In this document: one piece after another, positions 27,514 to 37,061 of the stretch
Position numbering within the stretch: the stretch's first letter is position 1
How the letters are laid out: every line of letters starts with the position of its first letter
Assembly: GCA_963705165.1 (NCBI GenBank)
Contig: CAVPJD010000023.1
Coordinates: 1 to 37,925 of the forward strand
Length of the DNA stretch: 37,925 nucleotides
Origin: an uncultured delta proteobacterium
GTDB taxonomy: Bacteria > Desulfobacterota > Syntrophia > Syntrophales > UBA2192
Direction: 5' to 3'
Notes under the pieces: generated by a model
Seen by the model: the letters and a program-made list of their open reading frames with translations, nothing else
Told to the model about the DNA's origin: nothing
Database searches by the model: none
Made by a program: the position numbers and the translations under genes

Positions 27514-28197
27514 TTAAAGCGCCTTGGAGGCCTTCCTCCGGAACGCGCCGAGCATCTCCTCCACCACCTCGTCGATCGTTTTCCCCGTCGAATCCACAAG
27601 GACGCCGTCATCGGATGGGCGAAGCGGGGCGATCGCCCGCTCGCTGTCCTGCCGGTCGCGCCGGAGCACGTCCCGCAGCACCTCGTCGAGGCTCACCTCG
27701 TGACCCCGCTCCCTCAACTCGAGCCAGCGCCTGCGACTGCGCTCCTCGGGGCCGGCCGTGAGAAAGAACTTCACGTCGGCGCCCGGGAATACCACCGTCC
27801 CCATGTCGCGCCCCTCAGCCACGATACCTCCTGAGAGCGCGGCTTCGCGCTGCACGGCGAGAAGCCTCTGTCTCACTTCGGGCAGTGCCGAAACCGTCGA
27901 TGCGAGCATGCTGATCTCCGGTGTCCGGATGAGCTCCGTCACATCCCTGCCGTCGAGAAGGATCCTCGTGGCCCCCTCGCACTCGCCCAGCGCGACGTCC
28001 GTGGCACTGCACAGGGCGGCAATCCCGACCCGATCGGCGGCGGCAAGGCCTGCCAGGGTGACCTTCAAGGCCAATGCCCGGTAGAGGGCCCCCGTGTCCA
28101 TGTACACATAGGAGAGCCTGCGGGCGAGCAGTCGGCTGACGGTGCTCTTTCCCGATCCGGCCGGGCCGTCGACGGTCACCACGCATTTTTTCGTCAA
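27514..28197 (-). CDS. cmk: Cytidylate kinase
   Basis: VDGPAGSGKST, DTGALYRA, EGRDMGTVVFP, RDRQDSER. Confidence 0.96.
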   Translation of the reverse strand: MTKKCVVTVDGPAGSGKSTVSRLLARRLSYVYMDTGALYRALALKVTLAGLAAADRVGIAALCSATDVALGECEGATRILLDGRDVTELIRTPEISMLASTVSALPEVRQRLLAVQREAALSGGIVAEGRDMGTVVFPGADVKFFLTAGPEERSRRRWLELRERGHEVSLDEVLRDVLRRDRQDSERAIAPLRPSDDGVLVDSTGKTIDEVVEEMLGAFRRKASKAL

Positions 28198-28646
28198 CGC
28201 CGGCTTACCTCTGCCTCGATTCGATTTTCCAGGACTCGCACCGGCCCCAGTTTATGACGCACGAAGGAAAAGGTAACGGCCGCTAAGGTTACCCCCGCGG
28301 CATTGAAGAGAAAATCCCACAGGCTGCAGTCCCTGCCGGGCACGAAGGACTGATGGATCTCGTCGCTTGCGCCGTAAAGGATCCCGACAAGAATCGTCGC
28401 CAGGACGGCATTCTCGGCAAGTGCCGAAACAGGGGATGTCGTGAAAACCCTCATGAGCAAGTACCCGAGGATATAGTATTCCACGAGATGCAGCAGCTTG
28501 TCATAGTCGAAGACGGGCCTGAGCTCCTCGCTATCCAACGAAGACGAGGATAGCGCGAAAATCAGGGCCGCGTAACCTACGGCGGGAAGGAGATAGAAGA
28601 GAATGCGTTTTCGGCGGTTAACCGCAAGTTTGAGATTCTTGACCAT
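28194..28646 (-). CDS. VanZ family protein
   Basis: IFALSS, DKLLHLVEY, YGASDEIHQSFVPGR. Confidence 0.88.
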   Translation of the reverse strand: MVKNLKLAVNRRKRILFYLLPAVGYAALIFALSSSSLDSEELRPVFDYDKLLHLVEYYILGYLLMRVFTTSPVSALAENAVLATILVGILYGASDEIHQSFVPGRDCSLWDFLFNAAGVTLAAVTFSFVRHKLGPVRVLENRIEAEVSRR

Positions 28647-28668
28647 GTGAACGCGTGATGGAGACCGT

Positions 28669-29241
28669 CTACTCTTCTTTTCCTCTTTCCCCCCGCAATT
28701 TTTTCACCTTCTCGAAGAAGGGGCCGTCTTCTCTCCACAACCAGCAGCTGTTTTTCAGGATGCCCGGATCGTAATCCAGCGATCTCGTGCCCCCGCCCTC
28801 CCGTTTGCGGCTGAGGGAAGCCCACATCCCCTGGACCGCCGCCGCCCCCATGTGGTAGATCAGCGTCGTCATGTGGAGGCAGCCCGCGGTGCCGCCCAGC
28901 CGATCCTTCAAGTCCCTGGAGAAGCCGGGCTTGATCCTGAGACCCGCGATCTTCCCTGCGCTGGACTCCACGCCCAGACACTCCCCGATGGGGATCTTCC
29001 TCATCGTCGCGCGGGCCTCGGTGATCTCGAGCGACGGGAGGCTCACCTTCATCTCGACCCGGATGTCATGGACGATCCCGGGATCCAGGAACTCATTTCT
29101 GCTGTAGTAAAAAGAGGGAAAGAAACGCTCATCCACAAGATCGCCTTCCACCAGCAGGGATGAGTCGTCAATCTCGAAGGAGTTTACGGTAATGGTTCTC
29201 GAATGGATACGCTCTTTCTTCTGCAAAAAACACCCAAGCAT
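28669..29241 (-). CDS. DUF2889-like protein
   Basis: IHSRTI, VEGDLVD, VHDI, LGGTAGCLHM, LKNSC; start uncertain. Confidence 0.75.
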   Translation of the reverse strand: MLGCFLQKKERIHSRTITVNSFEIDDSSLLVEGDLVDERFFPSFYYSRNEFLDPGIVHDIRVEMKVSLPSLEITEARATMRKIPIGECLGVESSAGKIAGLRIKPGFSRDLKDRLGGTAGCLHMTTLIYHMGAAAVQGMWASLSRKREGGGTRSLDYDPGILKNSCWLWREDGPFFEKVKKLRGERGKEE

Positions 29242-29395
29242 GTTGCCGATTACCCGCTGGATCGCCGGCACGCCGTCAGGATATCGTTAAGGTCAAGCAC
29301 ATTGCCGACGTGCTTGGCGTCACAAGGCTGTGATTTATACCACATAACTGCACTTGTCAACAGCAATCGTCGCGGCCTTCCACAGGAACATCGGC

Positions 29396-29423
29396 TTGAT
29401 TATCGCCGAAAAGCGGATATAAT
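29396..29423 (+). promoter_or_regulatory. Putative sigma70 promoter
   Basis: TTGATT-16 bp-TATAAT upstream of the M48 peptidase gene. Confidence 0.5.
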
Positions 29424-29516
29424 AAGTACGAATGCCCCTCCCGGCGCCAATTCGGGAGGACTCCAAAGGAGCTTAGCTTCGATCCCGTCCCGGCGGGGCG
29501 GGGTCTAAACAATACA

Positions 29517-30983
29517 ATGACAACTGTCAGGAAAACAACACATCGCGCCCTCGCGGCCCTCCTGATCGCCGCCTTCCTCGTCGTTTCCGCCTTTATCCCC
29601 TCTGCGCGTGCGGCCCTAACCATCGAGGAGGAAAAAAAACTCGGCCGCGAGATCTACGAAAAGCTCGAGAAGTCCAACGCGATCTCCAAAAATCAGAAGG
29701 TCACCGATTATGTCAGCAAAATAGGGGCGCAGATCCTGGCCGGCCAGCAGCGTGTCCCCTGGGATTTCCAGTTTCACGTGATCAACAGCTCGGCGATCAA
29801 TGCCTTCGCAACACCCGGGGGCTACATCTACATCTTCCGGGGTCTCATTGCGCTGTCGGAGAACGAAAGCGAGCTCGCGAGCGTCATGGCTCACGAAATC
29901 GCCCACGCCAACGCCCGCCACATCGACCAGATGATGGAGAAATCCAAGAAGCTCAACTATGCCATGCTGGCGGGGGTGATCGCCGGGGCGCTGCTTGGCG
30001 GGGGCGGCGGCACCGGGGCGGCCGTGGCCATGGGTGCCATGGCCGGCGCCCAGACGCTTGCCCTGCAGTACAGTCGCGAGAACGAGGAAGAGGCGGACCG
30101 TTTCGGGATGTCCTACCTCGCGGCGGCGGGATACGACCCGAAAAGCATGGTGGACTTCATGAAGCTCATGAGCCGCCACGAGTTTTACTCGAACAACATC
30201 CCTTCCTACTTCCTGACCCACCCGGGCACGAAAGATCGAATCCGCTACCTCGACGGGCTCCTCGAGGCCCGCTATACCCAAAGGGGCAAGGAAAGCATCG
30301 TGGGCGGCTTCCGCCGCATGCAGGTCGAGATGCTGATGGAGGAGAGGAATCTCGAGCCGGTGATGACCCGCTTCCGGGACGACCTGAAGAAAAACCCCTC
30401 CGACGTGAACGCCCTGTACGGGCTGGCCGTGGTGCAGGCCAAGCTGGGACATACGAAGGAGGCCGCGGAAACCATCAAGACGGCCCTGGGCCATGCGCCG
30501 GAGGATCCGGAAATGCTCCGCGACGCCGGCATCATCGCATACCTCCGCGGCCTTTATGCCGAAGCCGTTGCCTACCTGAGGAAGGCCCACCAGATCAACG
30601 AGGCCGACGAGGAGACGATCCTCTATCTCGCGCGGGCCTATGAGCAGACAGGCGATGCCTTCACAGCCCTGGAGCTCTACAAGAAAGCCGCCGCTGCCGG
30701 ATCGAAGGACGAGCAGATCACCTACGGCCTCGCAACGGCTTATGGCAAGATGAACAACGAGGCCGAGTCCCACTACTGGTTCGGATCCTATTTCAAGATG
30801 AAGAAAAAGAAGGACAGCGCACTTTTCCACTACCGGGCCGCCCTGGGCAAAGTCCCGCCCGACAGCGACCGGGCCCGTGAAATCAGGCAGGAGATCGAGA
30901 CCCTCCAGAAACCGCCGGACAAGCCTGCTGCGATGCAGGTTGACCCGCGCGGGCCCAGCCGGACAAGAAAATCGCCCTATTAG
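29517..30983 (+). CDS. M48 family metallopeptidase with TPR repeats (BepA-like)
   Basis: Signal peptide, INAFATPGG, HEIAH, YSRENEEEAD, LTHP, C-terminal TPRs. Confidence 0.92.
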   Translation: MTTVRKTTHRALAALLIAAFLVVSAFIPSARAALTIEEEKKLGREIYEKLEKSNAISKNQKVTDYVSKIGAQILAGQQRVPWDFQFHVINSSAINAFATPGGYIYIFRGLIALSENESELASVMAHEIAHANARHIDQMMEKSKKLNYAMLAGVIAGALLGGGGGTGAAVAMGAMAGAQTLALQYSRENEEEADRFGMSYLAAAGYDPKSMVDFMKLMSRHEFYSNNIPSYFLTHPGTKDRIRYLDGLLEARYTQRGKESIVGGFRRMQVEMLMEERNLEPVMTRFRDDLKKNPSDVNALYGLAVVQAKLGHTKEAAETIKTALGHAPEDPEMLRDAGIIAYLRGLYAEAVAYLRKAHQINEADEETILYLARAYEQTGDAFTALELYKKAAAAGSKDEQITYGLATAYGKMNNEAESHYWFGSYFKMKKKKDSALFHYRAALGKVPPDSDRAREIRQEIETLQKPPDKPAAMQVDPRGPSRTRKSPY

Positions 30984-30998
30984 CCGCGGCAAGGCTTC

Positions 30999-31108
30999 CA
31001 GCCGACAGCCTACAAAGAAGCCGACAGTCTACGGTTTACAGCCGACAGCAAAAAAAAAGAAAGTATCCAGCAGGGATTTGTTGGCTGCAGGCTGTTGACT
31101 GTCGGCTT
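30999..31108. repeat. Inverted heptamer cassette family A
   Basis: cagccgacagcctacaaagaagccgacagtctac...-aaaagaaagtatccagcagggat-ttgttggctgcaggctgttgactgtcggctt. Confidence 0.88.
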
Positions 31109-31131
31109 TTAGATGCCGCGCCGCGGCATCT

Positions 31132-31170
31132 AAAAAGAAAAAGGGGCTGCACGATCGATCGTGCAGCCCC
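31132..31170 (-). terminator. Intrinsic terminator after tRNA-Gly/Cys
   Basis: ggggctgcacgatcgatcgtgcagcccc perfect palindrome with minus-strand U-tract. Confidence 0.8.
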
Positions 31171-31183
31171 TAAGTCCATTATT

Positions 31184-31259
31184 TGGAGGCGGCAACCGGA
31201 TTCGAACCGGTGAATAACGGTTTTGCAGACCGCTGCCTTAGCCACTTGGCTATGCCGCC
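31184..31259 (-). tRNA. tRNA-Cys (GCA)
   Basis: ggcggcatagccaagtggctaaggcagcggtctGCAaaaccg...ggttcgaatccggttgccgcctcca. Confidence 0.97.
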
Positions 31260-31268
31260 GCTGTTGAC

Positions 31269-31343
31269 TGGAGCGGGCGAACGGATTTGAACCGTCGACG
31301 TCTACCTTGGCAAGGTAGCACTCTACCGCTGAGTTACGCCCGC
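31269..31343 (-). tRNA. tRNA-Gly (GCC)
   Basis: gcgggcgtaactcagcggtagagtgctaccttGCCaaggtag...ggttcaaatccgttcgcccgctcca. Confidence 0.97.
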
Positions 31344-31454
31344 TTTGTTAAAGAGAGAAGGAATATGAACAAAAGATCGCCTCTTGTCAACAAAAAATTG
31401 AAAAGCTTTTTCCGCTTGAAAAACAAAACTCTTTACGCTATAGGATTGCCAAAG

Positions 31455-31529
31455 GGGCGGTTAACTCAGCGGGAGAGTGCTACCTTCACACGGTAGAAGT
31501 CACTGGTTCAATCCCAGTACCGCCTACCA
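31455..31529 (+). tRNA. tRNA-Val (CAC)
   Basis: gggcggttaactcagcgggagagtgctaccttCACacggtag...ggttcaatcccagtaccgcctacca. Confidence 0.97.
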
Positions 31530-31540
31530 TTCAAAAAAGC

Positions 31541-31568
31541 AGGGCAGCCAATACGGCTGCCTTTTTTC
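31541..31568 (+). terminator. Intrinsic terminator after tRNA-Val
   Basis: ggcagcc-aatac-ggctgcc-tttttt. Confidence 0.8.
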
Positions 31569-31649
31569 ATTCCTCGGATACCCGACCGGCCGTCTCCCTC
31601 CCCCTACATAACCCTTGACACGGGCCCCGCAACACATAACACTTAGCCT

Positions 31650-32819
31650 ATGATCTCCCGGCGCGAATTCATGCAGGCCCTGGCCCGGCTGGCACCGGTG
31701 CTGGGCGTCTCGGGGCTGATCCTTTCGGAGCCCGCCCTGCTCAGGGCCCTTCCGGATGTCCTGGATGGGGCCGCTTTTGCGGGGGAGAGGACCGATGAGC
31801 TGATCGGCGCGGCCCCGCGGGCCCGGTTCTGGTCGGCAGCCGCGAAGGGCCGCGTCCAATGCCACCTGTGCGCCCGCGGGTGCCTCCTGGCCGAAGGAGA
31901 GCGCGGCCAGTGCCGCTCGAGGATGAACGCGGGCGGCGAGATGAAGAGCCTCGTCTACGGCCGGCCCGTCTCGGTCCACGTGGACCCCATCGAGAAAAAG
32001 CCCTTCTACCACTTCATGCCCGGCTCCCAGGCCTACTCCATCGGCACGACGGGCTGCCCCCTGCGCTGCAAATTCTGCCAGAACTGGCAGACCTCGCAAG
32101 CCTCGCCGGAAGATTACCGCGTCCGCTTCACCCCTCCCGGCGACCTTGTCGAATCGGTCCGCTCCCGCAAGGCACCCGTCATCGCCTACACCTACAACGA
32201 GCCTCTCGTGTTCACGGAGTATCTGCTCGACATCGCCAGCGCCGCGCGAATGAGGGGTATCCGCTCGGTGATGGTAACCTGCGGCTACATGGCAGAAGCC
32301 CCCCTCGCGGAGATGTGCAAGGCGCTCGATGCCGTCAAGGTCGACCTGAAGGGATACAGCGAGAGCTTCTACCGGGATGCCTGCGGCGCCGAATTGAAGC
32401 CCGTGCTCCGGACGATCAAGCAGATCGCAAAGAGCCGCGTGCACCTGGAGATTGTGAATCTCGTCGTCCCGACCCTCAATGATACGGACCCGATGATCGC
32501 CGATCTTTGCGACTGGGTCATGGGGGAGCTGGGCCCTGACGTTCCCCTTCACTTCTCACGGTTTCGCCCGGACTACCAGATGCCGCACCTGCCGCCCACA
32601 CCCACGGCAACGCTCGAGCGGGCCCGGTCGTTCGCCATGGCCCGCGGAATCCGTTACGTCTATGTGGGCAACGTACCTGGCCACCCTGGCAACAACACCC
32701 ACTGCCCGTCCTGCAAAAAAGATGTGATCCGCAGGACGCAATTCTTCGTTGAAGGTTCGAACATCAAGAACGGCAAGTGCGGGTTCTGCGGCAAGAAGAT
32801 CTCGGGAGTCTTTGCATAA
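31650..32819 (+). CDS. amrS: AmmeMemoRadiSam system radical SAM enzyme with twin-arginine-like leader
   Basis: SRREFM plus hydrophobic stretch; CHLCARGC, DPIEKKPFYHF, CPLRCKFCQNW, YTYNEP. Confidence 0.9.
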   Translation: MISRREFMQALARLAPVLGVSGLILSEPALLRALPDVLDGAAFAGERTDELIGAAPRARFWSAAAKGRVQCHLCARGCLLAEGERGQCRSRMNAGGEMKSLVYGRPVSVHVDPIEKKPFYHFMPGSQAYSIGTTGCPLRCKFCQNWQTSQASPEDYRVRFTPPGDLVESVRSRKAPVIAYTYNEPLVFTEYLLDIASAARMRGIRSVMVTCGYMAEAPLAEMCKALDAVKVDLKGYSESFYRDACGAELKPVLRTIKQIAKSRVHLEIVNLVVPTLNDTDPMIADLCDWVMGELGPDVPLHFSRFRPDYQMPHLPPTPTATLERARSFAMARGIRYVYVGNVPGHPGNNTHCPSCKKDVIRRTQFFVEGSNIKNGKCGFCGKKISGVFA

Positions 32820-32828
32820 AGGCAGTAC

Positions 32829-33059
32829 CGGTGACAGTGACCAGTGGCCGGTGGAAGATAAAAAAAGTGCCTGAGGTCTAAGTGCCTGATGTCTGAGTGA
32901 AGAAATAGAAAAATAGTCATTGCGAGCAGAGCCTCGCGAGGCGTGGCAATCCACGATGTAGAATCCAGATTGAGATTGCTTCGTCACTCCGTTCCTCGCA
33001 ATGACTTCTTTGACGGGACAGACGGGATAGACCGGATAGACGGGATAGACTGGAGAGAC
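32829..33059. repeat. Composite repeat block: heptamer arm, octamer arm, REP-like element (32916-33005), 9-bp arm
   Basis: cagtgac cagtggc; aagtgcct..gtctgagtgaa; gtcattgcgag...ctcgcaatgac; (gacgggata)5. Confidence 0.88.
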
Positions 33060-33093
33060 GTTTTATGTGAGGTCGTTATGAACCGATGCACGG

Positions 33094-34623
33094 ATGTGGC
33101 TGATTCTGTTGATCCCGCTGCTTCTCTTCCCGGCGGGTTGCCAGGCTGCGGAAAAGACGGATGGCACGATACGGCAGCCGGCTGTCGCGGGCAGGTTCTA
33201 CCCGGAGGCGGCCCCCGCGTTGCGGCTCGCCGTCGAGAAGTACATGCAGGAGGCCCTGCCGCCCGCGGCGAAGGACCCCGTCGCCATCATCGTCCCCCAC
33301 GCCGGCTACGTCTTCTCGGGCCAGATCTGCGCCGACGGGTTCAACCAGGTCCGCGGGCGCCCATACGACACCGTGGTGATCCTGGGAACAAACCACACGA
33401 GTTCCGCCTTCCGCAAAGTGGGGATCTACCCCGGAGCGGGATTCCAGACACCCCTCGGAGCAGCCGCAATCGACAGCAGCATCGTCGAGGCCCTCCTGGC
33501 CGAATGCCCGGACTGCACCCTCGACGCATCGATCCACGCGAGAGAGCATTCCATCGAGGTCGTCGTTCCCTTCGTGCAGGTCCTTTTCCCCGGTGCGAAA
33601 ATCGTCCCGGCCATCGTGGGCGAGGCGGATGTGGAAATCTGCGAACGATTCGGCAAAGCCCTCGCCAAGATTCTCAAGGGCCGCAATGCCCTGATCGTGG
33701 CAAGCACCGATCTGTCCCACTACCCCTCGGCCGCAAATGCCTCCATGGTGGACCGCCAGACTCTCCAGGCCATCCTCCCGCTCGATCTTGCGAGCTTCCA
33801 CGCCGTCGCCCACGCGGCATCGGATCGCAACATCCGCGGCCTTTCCACGCGGGCCTGCGGAGAGGCGCCCGTCATGGCGGCCATGGCTGCGGCCAGGGCG
33901 CTCGGCGCCACAGGCGGCATCCTGGTGAGCTACGCCCACTCCGGCGAGACGGTTCTCGGCGATCGCGGCCAGGTGGTGGGCTACGGCGCCGTGGCCCTGG
34001 CCTCCGGAAAAACGGGAGCAGGCGATGCAACGCCGTCCGCCCTGCCAACCAGCGGCAAAAACGCATCCCTGAACGCATCGGACCGCAAACGGCTTCTGAC
34101 ACTCGCGCGCGACACGATCGAGAGGTTCCTGACGACGAAGACGGCCCCCCTGGCACGAAACCCCTCCCCTGCCCTCGAGCAGACACGGGGCATGTTTGTG
34201 ACGCTGAACAAGCGCGGGGAGCTTCGCGGCTGCATCGGCGAGATCGTGCCCGAAAAGCCTCTCTACCAGCTCGTCGGGGCGGTGGCCCTGAAATCGGCCC
34301 TGGAAGACCCGCGGTTCAGGCCGCTCCGTCATGACGAGATGAAGGACATCGAGATCGAGATCTCGGTTCTCACGCCCGCAGCGCCCGTTGCCGGGGCGGA
34401 GGACATCGTCGTGGGGCGCGACGGCGTCATCGTGAAAAAGGACGGCCGCTCGGCCATTTTCCTGCCCCAGGTGGCAACCGGGCAGGGTTGGGGGCGCGAC
34501 GAGATGCTTGACCAGCTGTGCCTGAAGGCGGGGCTGCCTGCCGGCAGCTGGAAGAAAGGCGCGCAGTTTCTCACATTCCAGGCGGAAGTGTTCAGCGAGA
34601 CGGACTTCAAGACAGCCCGATGA
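33094..34623 (+). CDS. amrB: AmmeMemoRadiSam protein B (Memo-like) fused to protein A (AMMECR1-like), with N-terminal signal
   Basis: RQPAVAGRFYP, PHAGYVFSG, EHSIEV, STDLSHY, ACG, VVGY; then FVTL..LRGCIG, EDPRF, EISVL, FLPQVA, LCLKAG. Confidence 0.92.
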   Translation: MWLILLIPLLLFPAGCQAAEKTDGTIRQPAVAGRFYPEAAPALRLAVEKYMQEALPPAAKDPVAIIVPHAGYVFSGQICADGFNQVRGRPYDTVVILGTNHTSSAFRKVGIYPGAGFQTPLGAAAIDSSIVEALLAECPDCTLDASIHAREHSIEVVVPFVQVLFPGAKIVPAIVGEADVEICERFGKALAKILKGRNALIVASTDLSHYPSAANASMVDRQTLQAILPLDLASFHAVAHAASDRNIRGLSTRACGEAPVMAAMAAARALGATGGILVSYAHSGETVLGDRGQVVGYGAVALASGKTGAGDATPSALPTSGKNASLNASDRKRLLTLARDTIERFLTTKTAPLARNPSPALEQTRGMFVTLNKRGELRGCIGEIVPEKPLYQLVGAVALKSALEDPRFRPLRHDEMKDIEIEISVLTPAAPVAGAEDIVVGRDGVIVKKDGRSAIFLPQVATGQGWGRDEMLDQLCLKAGLPAGSWKKGAQFLTFQAEVFSETDFKTAR

Positions 34624-36782
34624 AAGCCGTTCTGTTCATCATCGGACTCATCTCGATTCTGGGCCAGGTGGTTCTCCTGCGGGAGCTCAACGTGGCCTCT
34701 TTCGGGGTCGAGCTCGTCTATATCCTCGCACTCGGGTTCTGGCTTGCGGCAACGGCGCTGGGCGCCCTGTCGTGCCGGTCATCCCGAGCGACCCGGCCGG
34801 GCCTGCTCACCATCCCGCTGCTTTTGTTCGCAGCCCTTCTCCCCCTCGCCGTGGCGTTTGCCCGGGGAAGCCGGGTCCTCGCCGGAGGCGTTCCCGGGGC
34901 TTACCTCCCGTTCGGCGAGCAGATCGTCACGATCTCGATCACCCTCCTGCCGGCCGGTTTTCTCACGGGATGGCTCTTCCGCAGGGCGGCGGGCCTCTTC
35001 GTGTCCGAGGGCAGGACCGTTGCAGCGGCCTACGCCATCGAAAGCGCCGGGGGCATTGCCGGCGGCCTCCTGTCGTCGCTCGGCCTGCACTGGGGGGTGC
35101 AGAACTTCGCCCTCGCCCTGATCGGAGCGCTCATTGCCGCGGCGGCCCCGCTGCTGATCACGGCCGGCGCCAAACACAGCCGAAGCACTCTCCCGGCCAT
35201 CGCCCTATGCGGGATCTTTCTGCTTTCTCTCTTCCAGGCCCCGGCACTCGACGACAGGATGACGCGATGGAACCACCCGTCCCTGCTGGAGAGCAGGGAT
35301 ACGCCCTATGGCCGGATCAGTATCACTCAGCGTGAGGCGCAGGTCTCGGTGTTCATGAATAACGCCCTCGCCTTCGAGACCGAGGGAACCGAGGCGGAGC
35401 ACTTCGCCCATCTGGCAGCCCTCCAGCACCCCCGGCCCGAACGCATCCTCATCCTGGGCGGCGGGATCGAGGGGACGGTGGCTGAAGTGCTGAAGCACGG
35501 CCCCGTTGCCGTCGACTATGTCGAGGTCGACCCCGCCATGCTCGGCACCGTCAGGGAGCATCTTTCCCTGCAGAGGCAGGAGCCTCTCGGCAAGCCCGGC
35601 GTAAGGATCATCACGGACGACCCCCGGCGGTTCCTGCGGGAGGAGGGCCGGTACGATCTCATCCTCATCGGCATGCCCGAGCCCTCCTCGGGACAGGCCA
35701 ACCGGTTCTACACCCTGGAGTTCTTCAAGCTGTGCCGCGACCGGCTGAAACCGGACGGGATCGTCGCCCTGCGGATCCAGGCGGCCGAAAACAGCTGGAC
35801 GCCGCAGATGACGGAGCGGGCGCTGAGCATCCACGGCGCGCTCTTCTCCGCCTTCGGCCATGTTTTCATCATTCCCGGGGACACGGACGTGGTGACGGCA
35901 TCATTGGTGTCTCTGCCGAGCGACCCGGAGGTCCTGATCGAGCGGCTCCGCTCACGCGGGATTCGAAGCCGCCTGGTCTCGGAGCCCTTCATCCGGTATC
36001 TCCTGACCAACGACCGGTTCTCCGAGGTCGGCGAAACGGTGCGCACGCGCACGGCCCCCCTGAACACCGATCAGCGGCCCATCTGCTATCAAATCACGTC
36101 CCTGCTGTGGCTGTCAAAATTTTACCCGGCCCTGACCGGTCTGAGTCTCGGGGAAGTCGAGAGCCTCATGAAAGCAAATTGGACATGGATCGCAGCGGCG
36201 TCAGGCATGCTGCTGATCCTCTTTTTCATCGCCCGCGTGAGACCCTCCTGGCGCGGGACTCTTCTCGTGGGGTTTGCGGGGTTTGCCGGCATGGTTCTGG
36301 AGACGGTGCTGATCCTGCAATACCAGACCCGTCACGGCGTCCTCTACCGCGACCTGGGGATCCTCATCACGGCCTTCATGCTCGGCCTGACTGCCGGCGC
36401 CTTCCTCGTAGCCGCAGTGGCCCGCGGCAAGAGCCCGTACCGTGCACTCGCCCGGAAATGGGGAATCGGCTTTGTCGCAGGCTTCATGCTCCTCGGGACC
36501 CTTGCCTTCTTCCGGGCCCGAATCGGCCTGATTACGGATCTTGCCGAAACGGCGGGTCTGCTCGCAGCGGTGGGCCTTCTCGTGGCGGGCGTCTTTGCCT
36601 ATGCAAGCTTCAGGAGGGTGCCGGACCCGGAAAAGTTGATCTCGCCCCTCTATGCTGCAGATCTCTTCGGCGGCTGCCTCGGCTCCATTGCCGCGAGCCT
36701 CTTCATGGTGCCGCTCATCGGCATGGACATGACGGCAGCCGCGATGGTCGGACTTGCGCTGCTTGCGCTGCTGCTGATCTAG
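34620..36782 (+). CDS. Membrane protein with central spermidine synthase-like SAM/dcSAM-binding domain
   Basis: TM bundles flanking ILILGGG, VDYVEVDP, YDLILI, NRFYTLEFF, LNTDQRP; ATGA overlap with the amrB stop. Confidence 0.85.
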   Translation: MKAVLFIIGLISILGQVVLLRELNVASFGVELVYILALGFWLAATALGALSCRSSRATRPGLLTIPLLLFAALLPLAVAFARGSRVLAGGVPGAYLPFGEQIVTISITLLPAGFLTGWLFRRAAGLFVSEGRTVAAAYAIESAGGIAGGLLSSLGLHWGVQNFALALIGALIAAAAPLLITAGAKHSRSTLPAIALCGIFLLSLFQAPALDDRMTRWNHPSLLESRDTPYGRISITQREAQVSVFMNNALAFETEGTEAEHFAHLAALQHPRPERILILGGGIEGTVAEVLKHGPVAVDYVEVDPAMLGTVREHLSLQRQEPLGKPGVRIITDDPRRFLREEGRYDLILIGMPEPSSGQANRFYTLEFFKLCRDRLKPDGIVALRIQAAENSWTPQMTERALSIHGALFSAFGHVFIIPGDTDVVTASLVSLPSDPEVLIERLRSRGIRSRLVSEPFIRYLLTNDRFSEVGETVRTRTAPLNTDQRPICYQITSLLWLSKFYPALTGLSLGEVESLMKANWTWIAAASGMLLILFFIARVRPSWRGTLLVGFAGFAGMVLETVLILQYQTRHGVLYRDLGILITAFMLGLTAGAFLVAAVARGKSPYRALARKWGIGFVAGFMLLGTLAFFRARIGLITDLAETAGLLAAVGLLVAGVFAYASFRRVPDPEKLISPLYAADLFGGCLGSIAASLFMVPLIGMDMTAAAMVGLALLALLLI

Positions 36783-37030
36783 TGACAGGTGCAAGAGATA
36801 GAGGGGACCAGGGTCGAGGGGGTAGGGACGAAAAATAGTGTTGAGTGTAAGTGTCTGAGTGAAGATAAAGAGAAGAAGGGCTTCGGTTATGCGAGCATGT
36901 CATTGCGAGGAGGCTCTCCGGGCCGACGCGGCAATCCCATCGAAAGGCGAGATTGCTTCGTCACTTCGTTCATCGCAATGACGAACATATGGATATTGCG
37001 ACATTCCCATTACCCATTACCCAATTCCCA
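36783..37030. repeat. Composite repeat block: degenerate arms, REP-like element (36899-36982), heptamer arm (CATTACC)
   Basis: gtgttgagtgtaagtgtctgagtgaa; REP copy 79/84 identical to 74-157; cattccc attaccc attaccc aattccc. Confidence 0.8.
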
Positions 37031-37061
37031 GTTTCGGCCGCGACGCGGCCGTGTACCGGAC

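Noticed and set aside
1351..31108. CRISPR array interpretation of the repeat-spacer cassettes
   Set aside because: Units are 7-9 bp, each locus has one spacer, arms are inverted, and there are no cas genes.
31184..31650. tRNA-anchored genomic island or prophage
   Set aside because: No integrase, no duplicated tRNA 3' end, and no compositional shift seen in the window.
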